64,000 nucleotides of DNA, from assembly GCF_009914755.1 (NCBI RefSeq), contig NC_060940.1; one strand, 5' to 3'. How positions within the stretch are numbered: the first letter of the stretch is position 1; the number at the start of each line of letters is the position of its first letter. The stretch comes from the human T2T-CHM13v2.0 reference genome, Homo sapiens. Positions 22,486 to 38,520 of this stretch are shown in pieces. The notes below the pieces were generated by a model, which was given only the letters and a program-made list of their open reading frames with translations, was not told where the DNA came from and ran no database searches. The position numbers and the translations under genes are program-made.

Positions 22486-23584
22486 GACACAGTAGGCTTT
22501 TAACAAATACTCAAAAAATCACAGTTCTTAGGCATTTAAGGAACAGAGTTGGAACAAAATCAAGATTCAAAATTATTTCTCTAAGCCTTCTTTGGGCCAC
22601 AGTCTACAAAGAGATTGGGGAAGTAGGCTGTCAGAACTTTAATGGTTCTGAAATAACCGAAAATGATGTAACTGGAACACTTTCATTTTACAAGATTACA
22701 GTGTTACATTTTCTAAAGAAACTGTCATTTGCCTTCTGAACTAGAAACAGGGATTTGTAAAATAATGTGCAGTGATGGCGTGGAAAACTAACCAGCAGCA
22801 CTCCTGAAACGCTGCCTTCGTGTTCCCCTGGGACTGCTCGCCTCACCCCAAAACTATTTCTACTGCCTTCCCCTTCCATGCTACAACTAGTCTCCAAAGG
22901 TAGTTTTCTCTACTAACAAAGCAAACAGATCATATGAACGGACATCAGACTTTCTTAGGAGATTTCTGAAAATTCTCTCTTCTGGGGAAATAAATTGTGA
23001 GCATTTCGATTCAAACATTCCTGAAAGAATAACCAGGCAACCAAAACACTCAGTGACCTAACTGTGGTGGGCTGGTCACTTCAAACTTAACAGAACAATA
23101 GAACATATACTACTTTATGGCCAAAAAAAAAAAATCTTTTTAAAACAATAAGTGTGGACAAAGTGTTTTCACAGATGAAGAGATGAAGTTCCTGAAATTT
23201 AGGGTTTCATTTCTCAAGGGTCTCCTTTAAACAAACAAACAGTTATGATTTCAAAGTAGACATGTGCCTTTAACACCATTTTTAAAAATTACCAGCCTTA
23301 GCAAAGGTGTAGAAAAAACTTGTTCTCAAGCACTGTCCGTGGAAGAATTAGTAAAACATTTCTAGAAAACCTGTTACCGTCTTAACAAACTTTTAAACAC
23401 ATGTAGCAATTCTACTTCCAGGAACTTATCTATTTGCCAAGACATATATGCAAGGATCTTCCCTATAGGGTTGTGTATAAAGGAAAAATCAGACAGACTA
23501 TGCCAGGAACCCTCTGAAAGAGAAGAGTCAACTGTGGAGGGGGCACCTGTGAATGAATCCTGCGGAGTTGCTAACAGAGCAGAC

Positions 23585-23860
23585 TTACACACACAACATG
23601 GTAAAGTTCCATGACACTGCACACAGGGGATTACACACACAACATGGTAAGGTTCCATGATGCCACACACAGGGGATTACACACACCACATGGTAAGGTT
23701 CCATGACACTGCACCCAGGGGATAACACACAACACATGGTAAGGTTCCATGACACCGCACACGGGATTACACACACAACATGGTAAGGTTCCATGACACT
23801 GCACACAGGGGATTACACACACAACATGGTAAGGTTCCATGACACTGTACACATGGGATT
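23585..23860. repeat. Minisatellite, ~6 copies of a ~46-bp unit TTACACACACAACATGGTAAGGTTCCATGACACTGCACACAGGGGA
   Basis: Units start at ~23585, 23631, 23677, 23723, 23767, 23813. Confidence 0.95.
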
Positions 23861-24009
23861 AGGTGAGCGGGGGAGGGGCTGGGGGAATAATAACATCAAA
23901 AGAGCACCTTTTCTTCCCTTATTCCGAGGAGACTTACCGCTAGGGGGACACATGCACACACAGCTCAAGGATACCCGAGACGGCACTCAGGACAATTCAG
24001 ATGCGCCGT

Positions 24010-24011
<2 letters not shown>

Positions 24012-24057
<46 letters not shown>

Positions 24058-24066
24058 AGAGAGAGA
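24012..24066. repeat. Compound (CA)n(GA)n microsatellite
   Basis: Direct read. Confidence 0.95.
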
Positions 24067-24425
24067 AAGGCACAGACACACATATGTGCACATAGACCCT
24101 GGGGCTCACAGGATGCACAGACAACCCTGGCCCTCCCCGAGGAGGCTGCAGCGGGCAGACAGGGCAAACAGACCCCAGCGTGACCTGCCCCACCTATGTT
24201 GGCACAGAGGGAGTGTTTTGCTTGGTTATAAGCACAGTGCTCATGCCTGCCCCATGCCTAGAACCCTCCCTCTATAGGGCTGTTGCTAGGGCTCTGAGAT
24301 ACCAGAGAGTGGTCAGGGAGTGTGGCAGGGGAAACTTTGGGGACAGCTTCAGGGTACCGTGTTGGGACTGGGACATTGTCAGGGTGCTCAGAGAGGGCGT
24401 GTTCCCTGGGTCTTGGTGCATTTAG

Positions 24426-26350
<1,925 letters not shown>

Positions 26351-26428
26351 CTTGCCACTTACTATCTGACTGTGACCTGGAACCAGAAAGGAGATTCCGA
26401 GAGTGTGCTCAATCAATCACAAACTGAC

Positions 26429-26516
26429 CTTTTTCATGGGTTTCTTGAACTCCTGTAGCTCTTCAGCACTCATGCCTTCCCATACCTGATAAATAGGATC
26501 AATGAATTTCTTTGAC
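26429..26516 (-). pseudogene. Orphan RRN3 penultimate-type exon: (R)SKKFIDPIYQVWEGMSAEELQEFKKPMKK
   Basis: 88 nt, acag|G...AAG|gtcag; matches recalled RRN3/TIF-IA C-terminal SKKFIDPIYQVWEDMSAEELQEFKKPMKK with D>G; neighbouring RRN3 exons not found. Confidence 0.88.
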
Positions 26517-26658
26517 CTGTCAACAAAGATCACATTTCAAAGTCAAGTTAAATACTTCAGCAGAAGTCAAAATTGGTTTGGATCTTTTCTCACAAGATCT
26601 ATTACCCAAAACCAAGAAGTGAAAACTACAGCTTAAATAATTACATTAAAAAAAACCT

Positions 26659-26972
26659 GGCTGGGCGCAGTGGCTCACGCCTGTAATCCCAGCACTTTGG
26701 GAGGCTGAGGTGGGCAGATCATGAGGTCAGGAGATCAAGACCATCCTGGCTAACACGGTGAAACCCCATCTCTACTAAAAATACAAAAAATTAGCCGGGT
26801 GTGGTGGCGGACGCCTGTAGTCCCAGCTACTCAGGAGGCTGAGGCAGAATGGCCTGAACCGGGGAGGCGGAGCTTGCAGTGAGCCGAGATTGCGCCACTG
26901 CAGTCCGCAGTCCGGCCTGGGCGACAGAGCGAGACTCCGTCTCAAAAAAAAAAAAAAAGAAAAAAAAAAAAA
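26659..26972 (+). mobile_element. Chimeric AluY / AluYb8 element
   Basis: GCAGTCC duplication (26900-26913) diagnostic of the Yb lineage; 5' part CpG-decayed plain AluY; no TSD. Confidence 0.85.
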
Positions 26973-29900
26973 GAGAAGCCCTTTTGTTTCCTGATAGTTA
27001 CATGTAATTCCAGCAGTATTTGGAAATAATTTGCTAAGATGTTAGAATGTAACATTTGAAGACTCGTTAGAAAAATCAATAAAATTATCTTTGGCTAATG
27101 GGTAGTACACATCTTAGTCTGTTTAATATGCCTTTCCAAAAAAAACTGTGTCTGTTGAGAATTGGTGTATATAACTAGATGACTTTAATAATTAGTGCCT
27201 GAGTCTAGAATTGAGATGTTTAGTCGTAAAAAAAAATATTGTTCGATAAACAGCGTTGACTTGTCTTGTACCACTTAAGAGTTTGTGAGTGCTTTAAATA
27301 AAATTAGTTGATTAAGTATTTTTTTCCTATGATTGACATGCTTAGTTTTGCCTTTTTATTGAAATGTGTAAAATTTGGTTTTCTGGCATCTTAACAAATT
27401 AGGTGGTAAATGAATGACAATGGATTTTCTATTATTTTTCAGTATTGTGATCAGTATAAGTATATAAGAGAATTTAGTAACCTTTTAGAAGAATAAAGTG
27501 CCCTTCCCAAATAGTCCTACAGCTTTTGGAAAAGTGTAAATTGTAGTTTGTAGTTCTAAATAAATAGAGAAGAGTCGCAGCCACGTGCTAGGGCCAGCTG
27601 ACTTCATTGCTGACAGGTATGAAGCCAAATGGCTTATGTAGTTATGGAATATGTACATGAGCTATTAATAAATATTATCCATGTTGTTTCTTTCAAGTGC
27701 TTTATTTCTTGGCTCTGGGGAGGGGCGATGGGGGAAGGGAGGAGCTTACAAGAAAGCTTGCAAGGTTTCTTTGAAGCTGTGCTTTTTGTAGGAAAGTTTC
27801 AGGATGTAACGCCTTGGTAGACGATACTGTGATACATTTGGTTACAGGCAGTAACAGTTTGTTAGGATGTTGGAAAAATTTGATTTTCTCCTGTTGTAGA
27901 GGGAACAGGGAAGTGTGGACATACCCCATAGCATAACTTGATTTGTTGCTAAGATTGTCATAGCTGATTTGTTAGTCAATAAAAATACCTGGGGTGTTTG
28001 CCAAGTCATAAATTTTTATTAGTTAAATTTGAGGTGATTCTGTCCCCTATTCAGAAAGATGACAGACTCCAGGTAACTGACGGAACAGATCTTGATCTTG
28101 CTTCTTGCTTAAATGAAGGTTTAGAACATCTTCAGATGCAGGCACATTTATTATTGTTCATCTGAATAATTTTGGTGAAAATTTTTTTGCCTCTTATGTA
28201 CCATTTTGTCCCTGGTGTTTTGGTTCTGTTTTCCTTGATGTAGGCTTTTTTTTTTTTTTGTCTTCCTGAGATGGAGTCTTGCTCTGTCTCCCAGGCTGGA
28301 GTGCAGTGGTGTAATCTCGACTCACTGCAGCCCCTGCCTCCCGGTTACAGGGAAAAATTCTCCTGCCTCAGCCTCCTGAGTAGCTGGGATTACAGGCGTC
28401 CAGCTAATTTTTGTATTTTTAGTAGAGACGAGATTCCACCATGTTGGCCGGCCTGTTCTTGGACTCCTGACTCAGGTGATCCGCCTGCTTTGGCCTCCCA
28501 AAGTGCTGGGATTACAGGTGTAAGTCATCGCACTCAGCCGATTTAGGCTTTTGAAAAAGCAATACTTGTTGATTTCTTTTAGTGTTAGTTTGCCAGTTGG
28601 TGTGGAAAATGACTGTTGAGACAATTTTGACCACACATGATACTTCACACATACTGACAGGAAGTGTTCCAGGTGGCTGAATATGTGAATGTCATATGGC
28701 AAGAGAGCAAACCCGTGTTCCATAGAAGCATACCTCCAACAGTAAGCATTTATATGGCACTGGCTTATAGTCTTCCTTTTCATTCACTGTGCTCTCAGTC
28801 AACTCTTCTGTCAATTTTTTTGAGACGGTCTTGCTGTGTCACCCAGGCTGGAGTGCAGCGGCACAGATACTTGGCTTACTGCAGTCTCGACCTCCCAGGC
28901 TCAAGCCTCCTGCCTCAGCATCCACAAGTAGCTGGGGCTACAGGCGCTTGCCAACAGCCCGGCTCATTTTTGTATTTTTTGTAGAGATGGGGTTTTCACC
29001 ACGTTGCCCAGGCTGGTCTTGAACCCCTGAACGCAAGCAATCTGCCCACCTTCAGCCTCCCAAAGTGTTGAGATTACAGGTGTGAGCCACTGCACCCGAC
29101 ATTTAAGAATGGTTAAGCAGGCCGGGGGCAGTGGCTCACGCCTGTAATCCCAGCACTTTGGGAGGCTGAGGTGGGTGGATCACCTGAGGTCAGGAGTTCG
29201 AGACCAGCCTGGCCAACCGACATGGTGAAACCCCTGTCTCTACTAAAAAAAAATAAATAAATAAATTAGCGGGATGTGGTGGTGCATGCCTGTAATCCCA
29301 GTTACTCGGGAGGCTGAGGCAGGAGAATCACTTGAACCTGAGAGGCAGAGGTTGTAGTGAGCGACATCACACCACTGCACTCCAGCCTGGGCAGCAGAGC
29401 AAGACTCCTTCTCAAAAAAAATAAAAAGTTAAAAAAAGAATGGTTAAACAAATGAGTGTCTTAGGTCAGTTGTATTATTTGAAATCTGTGGGTTCCTCAA
29501 GCGTAAAGTTGAGAAGGTTTTGGGAACCACTGGATGCCTCTGGTTTTTTTCATATGAAGAAACAGGGGTGGTGGCTTCTTAGAACAAAGGGATATCTGAC
29601 CTATGGAGGTGGCCCTCTTTACTCCTCTTCCCTAAAAAAATGACCTATCATTGCCAATAGCTAAAGTCTGTCATTTTTTCCACCTTAGTTTGGAAGATAA
29701 TCTTCTAGTATCAATCAAGACAGAGATCAGAATGATGTGTTTTAAAATTAAATGTGTAATTCATAATTGTACATTTTAATATTCTAAAGTGACATTGATT
29801 AATTTGACATTGGAGTCAAATAGATTGATTAATTCAACAAAGAAGAGAAGGCGTTCAAGTCAACAGAAAACAAGTAGATTTTACTTCTCCACTCGGGGTA

Positions 29901-30293
29901 TTAGGACATTAATTGTGTAATTGGTCTTACTTGTTTAGTAGTAGATCTATATTGAGTGTCTTACTGTGCCCAAACTTAGGATCTTTCTATATTTCTAAAA
30001 GGATGAAACTGTATAATAAAAACACCTTCCAATTTTGGTAGATTGTAGACAGATCAGAGTATTCAAAAGTACACACATCTTCTCTATTGTGAAAGACCAA
30101 AAAATGGAAATGTGTTGTGAAATTAGAAAAGCTGTATACTAGTATGTCTGATGTTGTGAGAAGCTGGATTTTTGAAACCAGAGTTGTCTATTCAGCCTTT
30201 TATCAGTCTGTACTAAGTTTGATGTCCATAGGTACATAATATAGGGAGATACATAAAGGATAAAATTAAGTGAAGTTACATATTTTATACCTA

Positions 30294-30357
30294 TTAGGTA
30301 GGTGCAAAAGTAATTGCGGTTTTGGCAAAAACCGCAGTTACTTCCACACCAGTCTAA
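30294..30357. mobile_element. MADE1 mariner-derived MITE (internally shortened)
   Basis: ttaggtaggtgcaaaagtaattgcggttttggcaaaaaccgcagttacttccacaccagtctaa flanked by TA. Confidence 0.88.
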
Positions 30358-31014
30358 TATTAAATGGAACTAGAGTCAAATAGAATTTAGCGATTGCCAG
30401 TTCTGTTCCACAGATTTCAAAGTACACTAAGGAAAATTTCAGCAAATTGTGTATGGCTGTTTTACTTGGGGGAGAGTAAAACAGCCATAATAAACTAAAA
30501 AATAAAAATTAAAACTAAAGGAACATTTGTTTTTATGTTTTTCTTTTCTTTTCTTTCCTCTTTTTTGAGATATGCTCTTGCTCTGTTGCCCAGGCTGGAG
30601 TGCAGTGGTGCAATCACTGCTCACTGCAGCCTTGACTTCCTGGGCTCTGGGAATCCTCCCGCCTTAGCCTCCTGAGTAGCTGGGACCACAGGTGCATACC
30701 ACCACACCTGGCTAATTTATTTTTCCTCTCTCTCTCTCTTTTTTTTTTGAGACAGAGCTTTACTTTGTCGCCCAGGCTGGAGTATAGTGGCACAATCTCA
30801 GCTCACTTGCAACCTCCGCCTCCTGGTTCAAGTGATTCTCCTGTCTCAGCCTCCCAAGTAGCTGGGAATACAGGTGCATGCCACTATGCCCGGCTAATTT
30901 TTGTGTTTTTAGTGGAGATGGGATTTCACCATGTTGGCCAGGCTGGTCTTGAACTGCTGACCTCAGGTGATCCACCCGCTTCGGCCTCCCAAAGTGCTGG
31001 GATTACAGGCGTGA

Positions 31015-31155
<141 letters not shown>

Positions 31156-31483
31156 TAGCTGGGACCACAGGTGCATGTTACCACCCCCAGCTACTTTATT
31201 TTTTTTTTGTTTTCTGTAGAGACGGGGTTTTGCCATGCTGCCTGGGCTGGTCTTGAATACCTAGGCTCAAGTGATCCTTCCTCCTTGGCCTCCCAAAGTG
31301 CCAGGATTACAGGTGTGACCCACCATGCTTGGCACGCTAATTTTTTATTTTTACTTTTTTGTAGAGATGGGGCCTCCCCATGTTGCCCATGCTGGTGTCA
31401 AACTCCTACTCCATTATGAAATAAGTCATTCCTTATGAAACACTTAGTAATTGTATCTTTAAGTTGAACCTTCCCCTCACCCC

Positions 31484-31523
<40 letters not shown>

Positions 31524-32181
31524 AGACAGAGTTTTGCTCTTGTTGTCCAGGCTGGAGCGCAATGGTGCAATCTCGGCTCACTGCATCCTCCGCCTCCCAG
31601 GTACAAGCTGTTTTCCTGTCTCAGCCTCCCAAGTAGATCAGATTACAGGCATGTGCCACCACACCCGGCTAATTTTTTTATATTTAGTAGAGATGGGGTT
31701 TCACCATGTTAGGCTGGTCGTGAACTCCTGACCTCAGGTGATCCACCTGCCTCGGCCTCCCAAAGTGCTGGGATTACAGGTGTGTGCCACTGCACCCCGC
31801 CTTTTTTTTTAAAGACATAGTTTCACTCTGTCTCCCAGGGTGGAGTGCAGTGGCACGATCTTGGCTCAGTACAACCTCCACTCCTGGGTTCAAGTGATTC
31901 ATGTGCCTCTGCCTCCCGAGTAGCTGGGACTACAGGCGCATGTCACCAGGCCCGTCTAATTTTTGTATTAGAGACAGGGTTTCGCCATGTTGGCCAGGCT
32001 GGTCTCGAACTCCTGACCTCGAGTTCCCACCTTGGCTTCTCAAAGTGCTGGGATTACAGAAGTGAGACACCGTGCCTGGACCCGCCAACCCATTTTGTTT
32101 TGATTCCTTTATAAATTAGTATAATGGAAGGTTTTTTTGTTTGTTTTTTATAACAGGTAATGAAATACTCTAATTCAGTAA

Positions 32182-32469
<288 letters not shown>

Positions 32470-32755
32470 TAGCCAGGATGGTCTCGATCTCCTGACCTCG
32501 TGATCCGCCCGCCTCGGCCTCCCAAAGTGCTGGGATTACAGGTGAGAGCCACTGTGCCCGGCGAAGCAGCGTCTCTTTTTAAGGTTGTAAGGTAGCTTGG
32601 GTTAGAAATAAAGGCAGAGAGCCACTCCATACCTGTAGTTCTAGCTACTGGGGAGGCTAAGACCAGAGGAATCTCTTGAGCCCAGGAGTTCAAGGCTGCA
32701 GTGAGCTGTAATCACACACTGCACTACAACGTGGGCAACATAGAGTGAGACCTAA

Positions 32756-32786
<31 letters not shown>

Positions 32787-33603
32787 ATGCAAGGAGAAAG
32801 TCAGGAACTTGGTGCATTTAGGTGTACAATTAGTTGGCATAAACAATTTTTTTTTTTGAGATGGAGTTTCTCTCTTGTTGCCCAGGCTGGAGTGCAGTGG
32901 GGCAGTCTCGGCTCACTGAAACCTCTGCCTCCTGGGTTCAAGTGATTCTCCTGCCTCAGCCTCCCGAGTAGCTGGGATTACAGGTGCCCGCCACCACGGC
33001 CAGCTAATTTTTGTATTTTTAACAGATGGGGTTTTGCCATATTGGCCAGGCTGACCTTGAACTCCTGACCTCAAGTGATCCGTCCGCCTCAGCCTCCCAA
33101 AGTGCTGGGATTACAGGCGTGAGCCACTATGCCAGCCAAGAATTTTTAAAAAAGGAGTTTCATTCAGCCCACCTCATTCCTCTGCAGGGCACCTGTGTGC
33201 AGGGCAAAACTGCTCAACCCTACTCAGAAGCCCTGTGAAAGCTGCTGAAAGGATGAGCAGATTGAGGCCTGAACTGTATCTTGGATTTAGCAGCCTGGAG
33301 GTCATAATGGATTTTGCCAAGAGTGATGGGGCAGAAATTGGACCAGTGTGTGTTAAGGAGCTAGAAGAAGTGAAGAAATGGGAGAGGGGAATCTAGACAA
33401 CTTTAGTTTGGCTGCAGCAAGTAAAGGCAGATTGTTTGATGGAGGGACGTGTGGGATTGATGGAGTTTTTCCTTTTTATATGTTTTTGTATTTTTCAATG
33501 GAATACATTAGAAAGTGTTGCATGTTTATGGGGGGGATTTAGTTCAGTGGGAAAAGTATTTGAAAAGTTACAGTAAGGTGGAAGTAGATGGAATCCTCAG
33601 TAA

Positions 33604-33966
<363 letters not shown>

Positions 33967-34828
33967 TAGAATGTGTGTATGGGGAGGGGAGGTGATAGGA
34001 TATTTTGGAATTTGAAGAGAATGGGAATGTCTGGATAGTGCATGTATAGAATGGGAAGTAAACACTGGAGGACCTGGGAGTGTGGTGCTTATTGATGGAT
34101 CGTTGGGTTTATCCAGGATTGGGGTTTTGCCAGATGGGTGTGATGAGAATCTTAAGAGTTAAGGGTATAGGCAAGAGTGTTGTTGAAATGATACACAATG
34201 AAATCTAAGCTGGTTAAAGAAGTGAAGAAGGGGCCGGGCACGTTGGCTCACGCCTGTAATTCCAACACTTTGGGAGGCCGAGGCGGGTGGATCCCTTGAG
34301 GTCAGGAGTTCGAGACCAGCCTGGCCAACATGGTGAAACCCCGTCTCTACTAAAAATACAAAAATTAGCCGGGTGTGGTAGCAGGGGCCTGTAATCTCAG
34401 CTACTTGGGAGGCTGAGGCAGGAGAATCGCTTGAACCTGGAGGTGGAGGTTGCAGTGAGCCAGTATTGCACCACTATACTCCAGCCTGGGCAACAAAGTC
34501 AGAGTCTGTCTCAAAAAAAAAAAAAAAAAATGAAGTGAAGAAGGAGGAGAATACTTGGATTGGGATAAAGTAGAAAGAGTCACTGGATTAAAGTTAACTA
34601 AAAAACTCATAAACTTTAGAGTGGTATTGAGAAATTGTAGGGTGAACTGAAAAAGGCTCATGGGATTTTAGAGCCAAGAAGGCCTTGAGTGGCAGTTCCT
34701 ACCTTAGTAGGAATAGCTTCAGTGGTGTGTTGCAGGTGGAACCCAGATTAAAGTGGGTTAAAAAGTAAATGAAGGCAAGGAAGATAAATTTTTCAACAGG
34801 TTTGTCTGTGAAGAGTCCAGGCTATTAG

Positions 34829-35143
<315 letters not shown>

Positions 35144-35213
35144 TGAGCCACCGTGCCCGGCCTTATTTTCTTAATTTTTAAATTTATTTTATTATTATTA
35201 TGATTATTTTTGA

Positions 35214-35315
<102 letters not shown>

Positions 35316-35421
35316 TGAGTAGCTGGGATTGCAGGCGCCCGCCACCACGCCTGGCTGATATTTGTATATTTAGTAGAGACGGGGTTTCACTACATTGGCC
35401 AGGCTGGTCTTGAACTCCTGA

Positions 35422-35670
<249 letters not shown>

Positions 35671-36023
35671 TAGTAGAGACGGGGTTTCACCGTGTTGGCC
35701 AGGGTGGTCTCAATCTCCTGACCTTATGATCTGCCTGCCTTCGCCTCCCAAAGTGCTGGGATTACAGGCATGAGCCACCGTGCCCGGCCATTTTTTGTTT
35801 TTGTTTTTGTTTTTTTTAAAGTAAGACTTTTGAGAGTGCTCATATGTTGATGATGTGATAAGCAGTAGTAAAATGGGAGATTTTGCAACGTACAAAAGAA
35901 ACAGGCCGGGTGCAGTGGCTCAAGCCTGTAATCCCAGCACTTTGGGGAGGCCAAGGTGGGCGGATCACGAGGTCAGGAGATCGAGACCATCCTGGCTAAC
36001 ATGGTGAAACCCCGTCTCTACTA

Positions 36024-36167
<144 letters not shown>

Positions 36168-37309
36168 CTACATCGCAAAAAAAAAAAGACAAGACATACC
36201 TTGGAAAATGGGGGGAATAGACAGATGATTTCTATGGATAGGAGGTTTATTTGTTCCATTATGCGAAGATGATGGGAAGAAAAGCTGTATGTGCAGATGC
36301 AGGTGAATTTGTGGATATATTAGAAGGAAGATGACAGGCAGTGATGGAGTGTTGAAGAGCTCAAACATTAGACAGTACTGGGTCTGAGTTCTGACTCTGC
36401 CTTTTACAAGCTGTGCAACCATAGGCCAGTTATGAAACCTTAGTTATCAAGTTATAACTAATAGGATTGTGTTGAACACGAAATGACATGATAAACATAT
36501 GTAAACTGCTTGGATCAGTTGCCCACTAGCTCTTGTTAGGAGCTAAAATGTTAGCTCTTGCTGAGGGTGCTGTCAAATGGCTTCTGTTTCTCATGGAGCA
36601 GAAATCTATAAGGTCATCCACTGGTAGTGGTGGGAGAAGGAAGAAGGTGCAGAAAGTTTTACAGATGTTTTGGAAAGGAAAGAAACCTGGTGAGGGAAAT
36701 GTGGGCAGCATCAGAGGCCCACTTGAAGTCAGAGAAAAGGAGCATTGGGGCATGGAGGTGAGGGGGTACTTTCTTCAGCTTTTCTCTGAAGACAATTGTG
36801 CATGTGAAACAAGGGTTAAAATCAGATCTATTGCCCTCCTGGATTTATTGGCTTCGTTTGCTCTTTCTGGCTAATTTGATTGGAGTTCTGAAAGTAGAGA
36901 ATATTAGAGGTTCCTTGGAAGGAAAATAAGCAACACTGAAGTCAAATCTTTATCATGTTTGCTGGAAATGTTATTAAAAAACAAAATTTATGGCCGGGTG
37001 CAGTGGCTTATGCCTGTAATCCCAACCCTTTGGGAGGCTGAGGTGAGTGGATCACTTGAGCTCAGGAGTGCGAGACCAGCTTGGGCAACATTTTGGGAAT
37101 GTTGTAGAGAATGGGACAAAAAAATACAAAAGTTGCTGGGCGTGGTGGAGTAAGCCTGTGGTCTCAACTACTTGGGAGGCTGATGTGGGAGGTTTGCTTG
37201 AGCTCGGATTGCACCACTGCACTCTAGCCTGGGCGACAGTGTGAGACCCTTTTTCAAAACAAACAAGCAACTTTTTTTGAGCTACAGTATATTTAATGGT
37301 TTTAAATAT

Positions 37310-38520
37310 GAGTGCAGAGTAAGAGGGAGTCCAGTCCATAAGATGACCCTTGCTTCTAATACTAGTTGCAAGTTTGGGGGTTCCCAAGACCACTCTTTTT
37401 TTTTTTTTGAGACAGGGCCTCTCTCTGTCACCCCGGTGAGAGTGCAGTGGCATGATCACGGCTCACTGCGCCCTGAACTCCTCCCTCCCAGGTTCAGGCA
37501 GTCCTCCTACCTCAGCCACCTGAGTTGCTGGATCTGTGGGCACACACCACCTCGCCTGGCTAGTTTTTCTATATTTTTTAGAGACAGTTTCACCATATTG
37601 CCAGGCTGGTCTCAAACTCCTGAGCTGAAGTGATCCGCCTGCCTGGGCCTCCCGAAGTGCTGGGATTACAGGCTTGAGTCACTGTGCCTGGCCAAGACCA
37701 CTCTTAGGTTGGATGATTTGCCAGGAGGACTCACTAGAACTCATTGAAAGCTCTCATACCCATGGTTAGAGTTTATTGCAGTTTAGGGATTCAGATTAGA
37801 ACGAGCCAAGGGTAGAGGTGCATAGGGCAGAGTTCGGGGAAGTTCCAAATGTTGGAGTTTCTAATTGTCCTGTCCCTGTAGAGTTGTGAAAAATGACACC
37901 TTCCTGGTGGCACTGGTGTGCGACCATACTCATGGATTATTGCCAACCAGGGAAGCTCACTCTATTTTTTATGTCCAGCGTTTTTACTGGGGTTCCATGG
38001 TTGCATGCCCATGTGGCTAACCTTAGTCTCCAGCCCCACTGGAGGCCAAGCTGATCCATGTGACTCAAAGCCCCCACCATAAGCCACATTATTAGACTGT
38101 GCTGTGGCCTAAAGCCCCCAGATGAACAAGGACACTTTCCCCCACCGCCGCCCCCCCCCCCTTTTTTTTTGGAGATAGTCTTGCTCTGTTGCCCAGGCTG
38201 GAGTGCAGTGGCATGATCTCAGCTCACTGAAACCTCAGCCTCCTGAGTAGCTGGGATTATTACAGGTGCCCGTCACCATGCCTGGCTAATTTTTGTATTT
38301 TTAGTAGAGACAGGTTTCACCATGCTGGCCAGGCTGGTCTCAGAATCCTGACCTCAAGCGATCTGCCCGCCTTGGCCTCCCAAAGTGCTGGGATTACAGG
38401 TGTGAGCCACTGCTCCTGGCCAGGACCCTCTTATTAGGTATGACATTTCAAGAGTTTAGAGATTACCTTCCAGAATTCACAGGTAAAAGCCAGACCTCTC
38501 CTTGGTGAAGATACAATTCT
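37310..38520. mobile_element. MER21-like LTR interrupted by two Alus
   Basis: tgcaagtttgggggttcccaagaccac...ggactcactagaactcattgaaagc; Alu TSD AAGACCACTCTT at ~37386 and ~37694. Confidence 0.6.

Noticed and set aside
23374-23860. CRISPR-like array and Cys-rich repeat ORFs (MEPYHVVCVIPC...)
   Set aside because: Head-to-tail minisatellite without unique spacers, in primate DNA with no cas genes; ORFs are repeat translations
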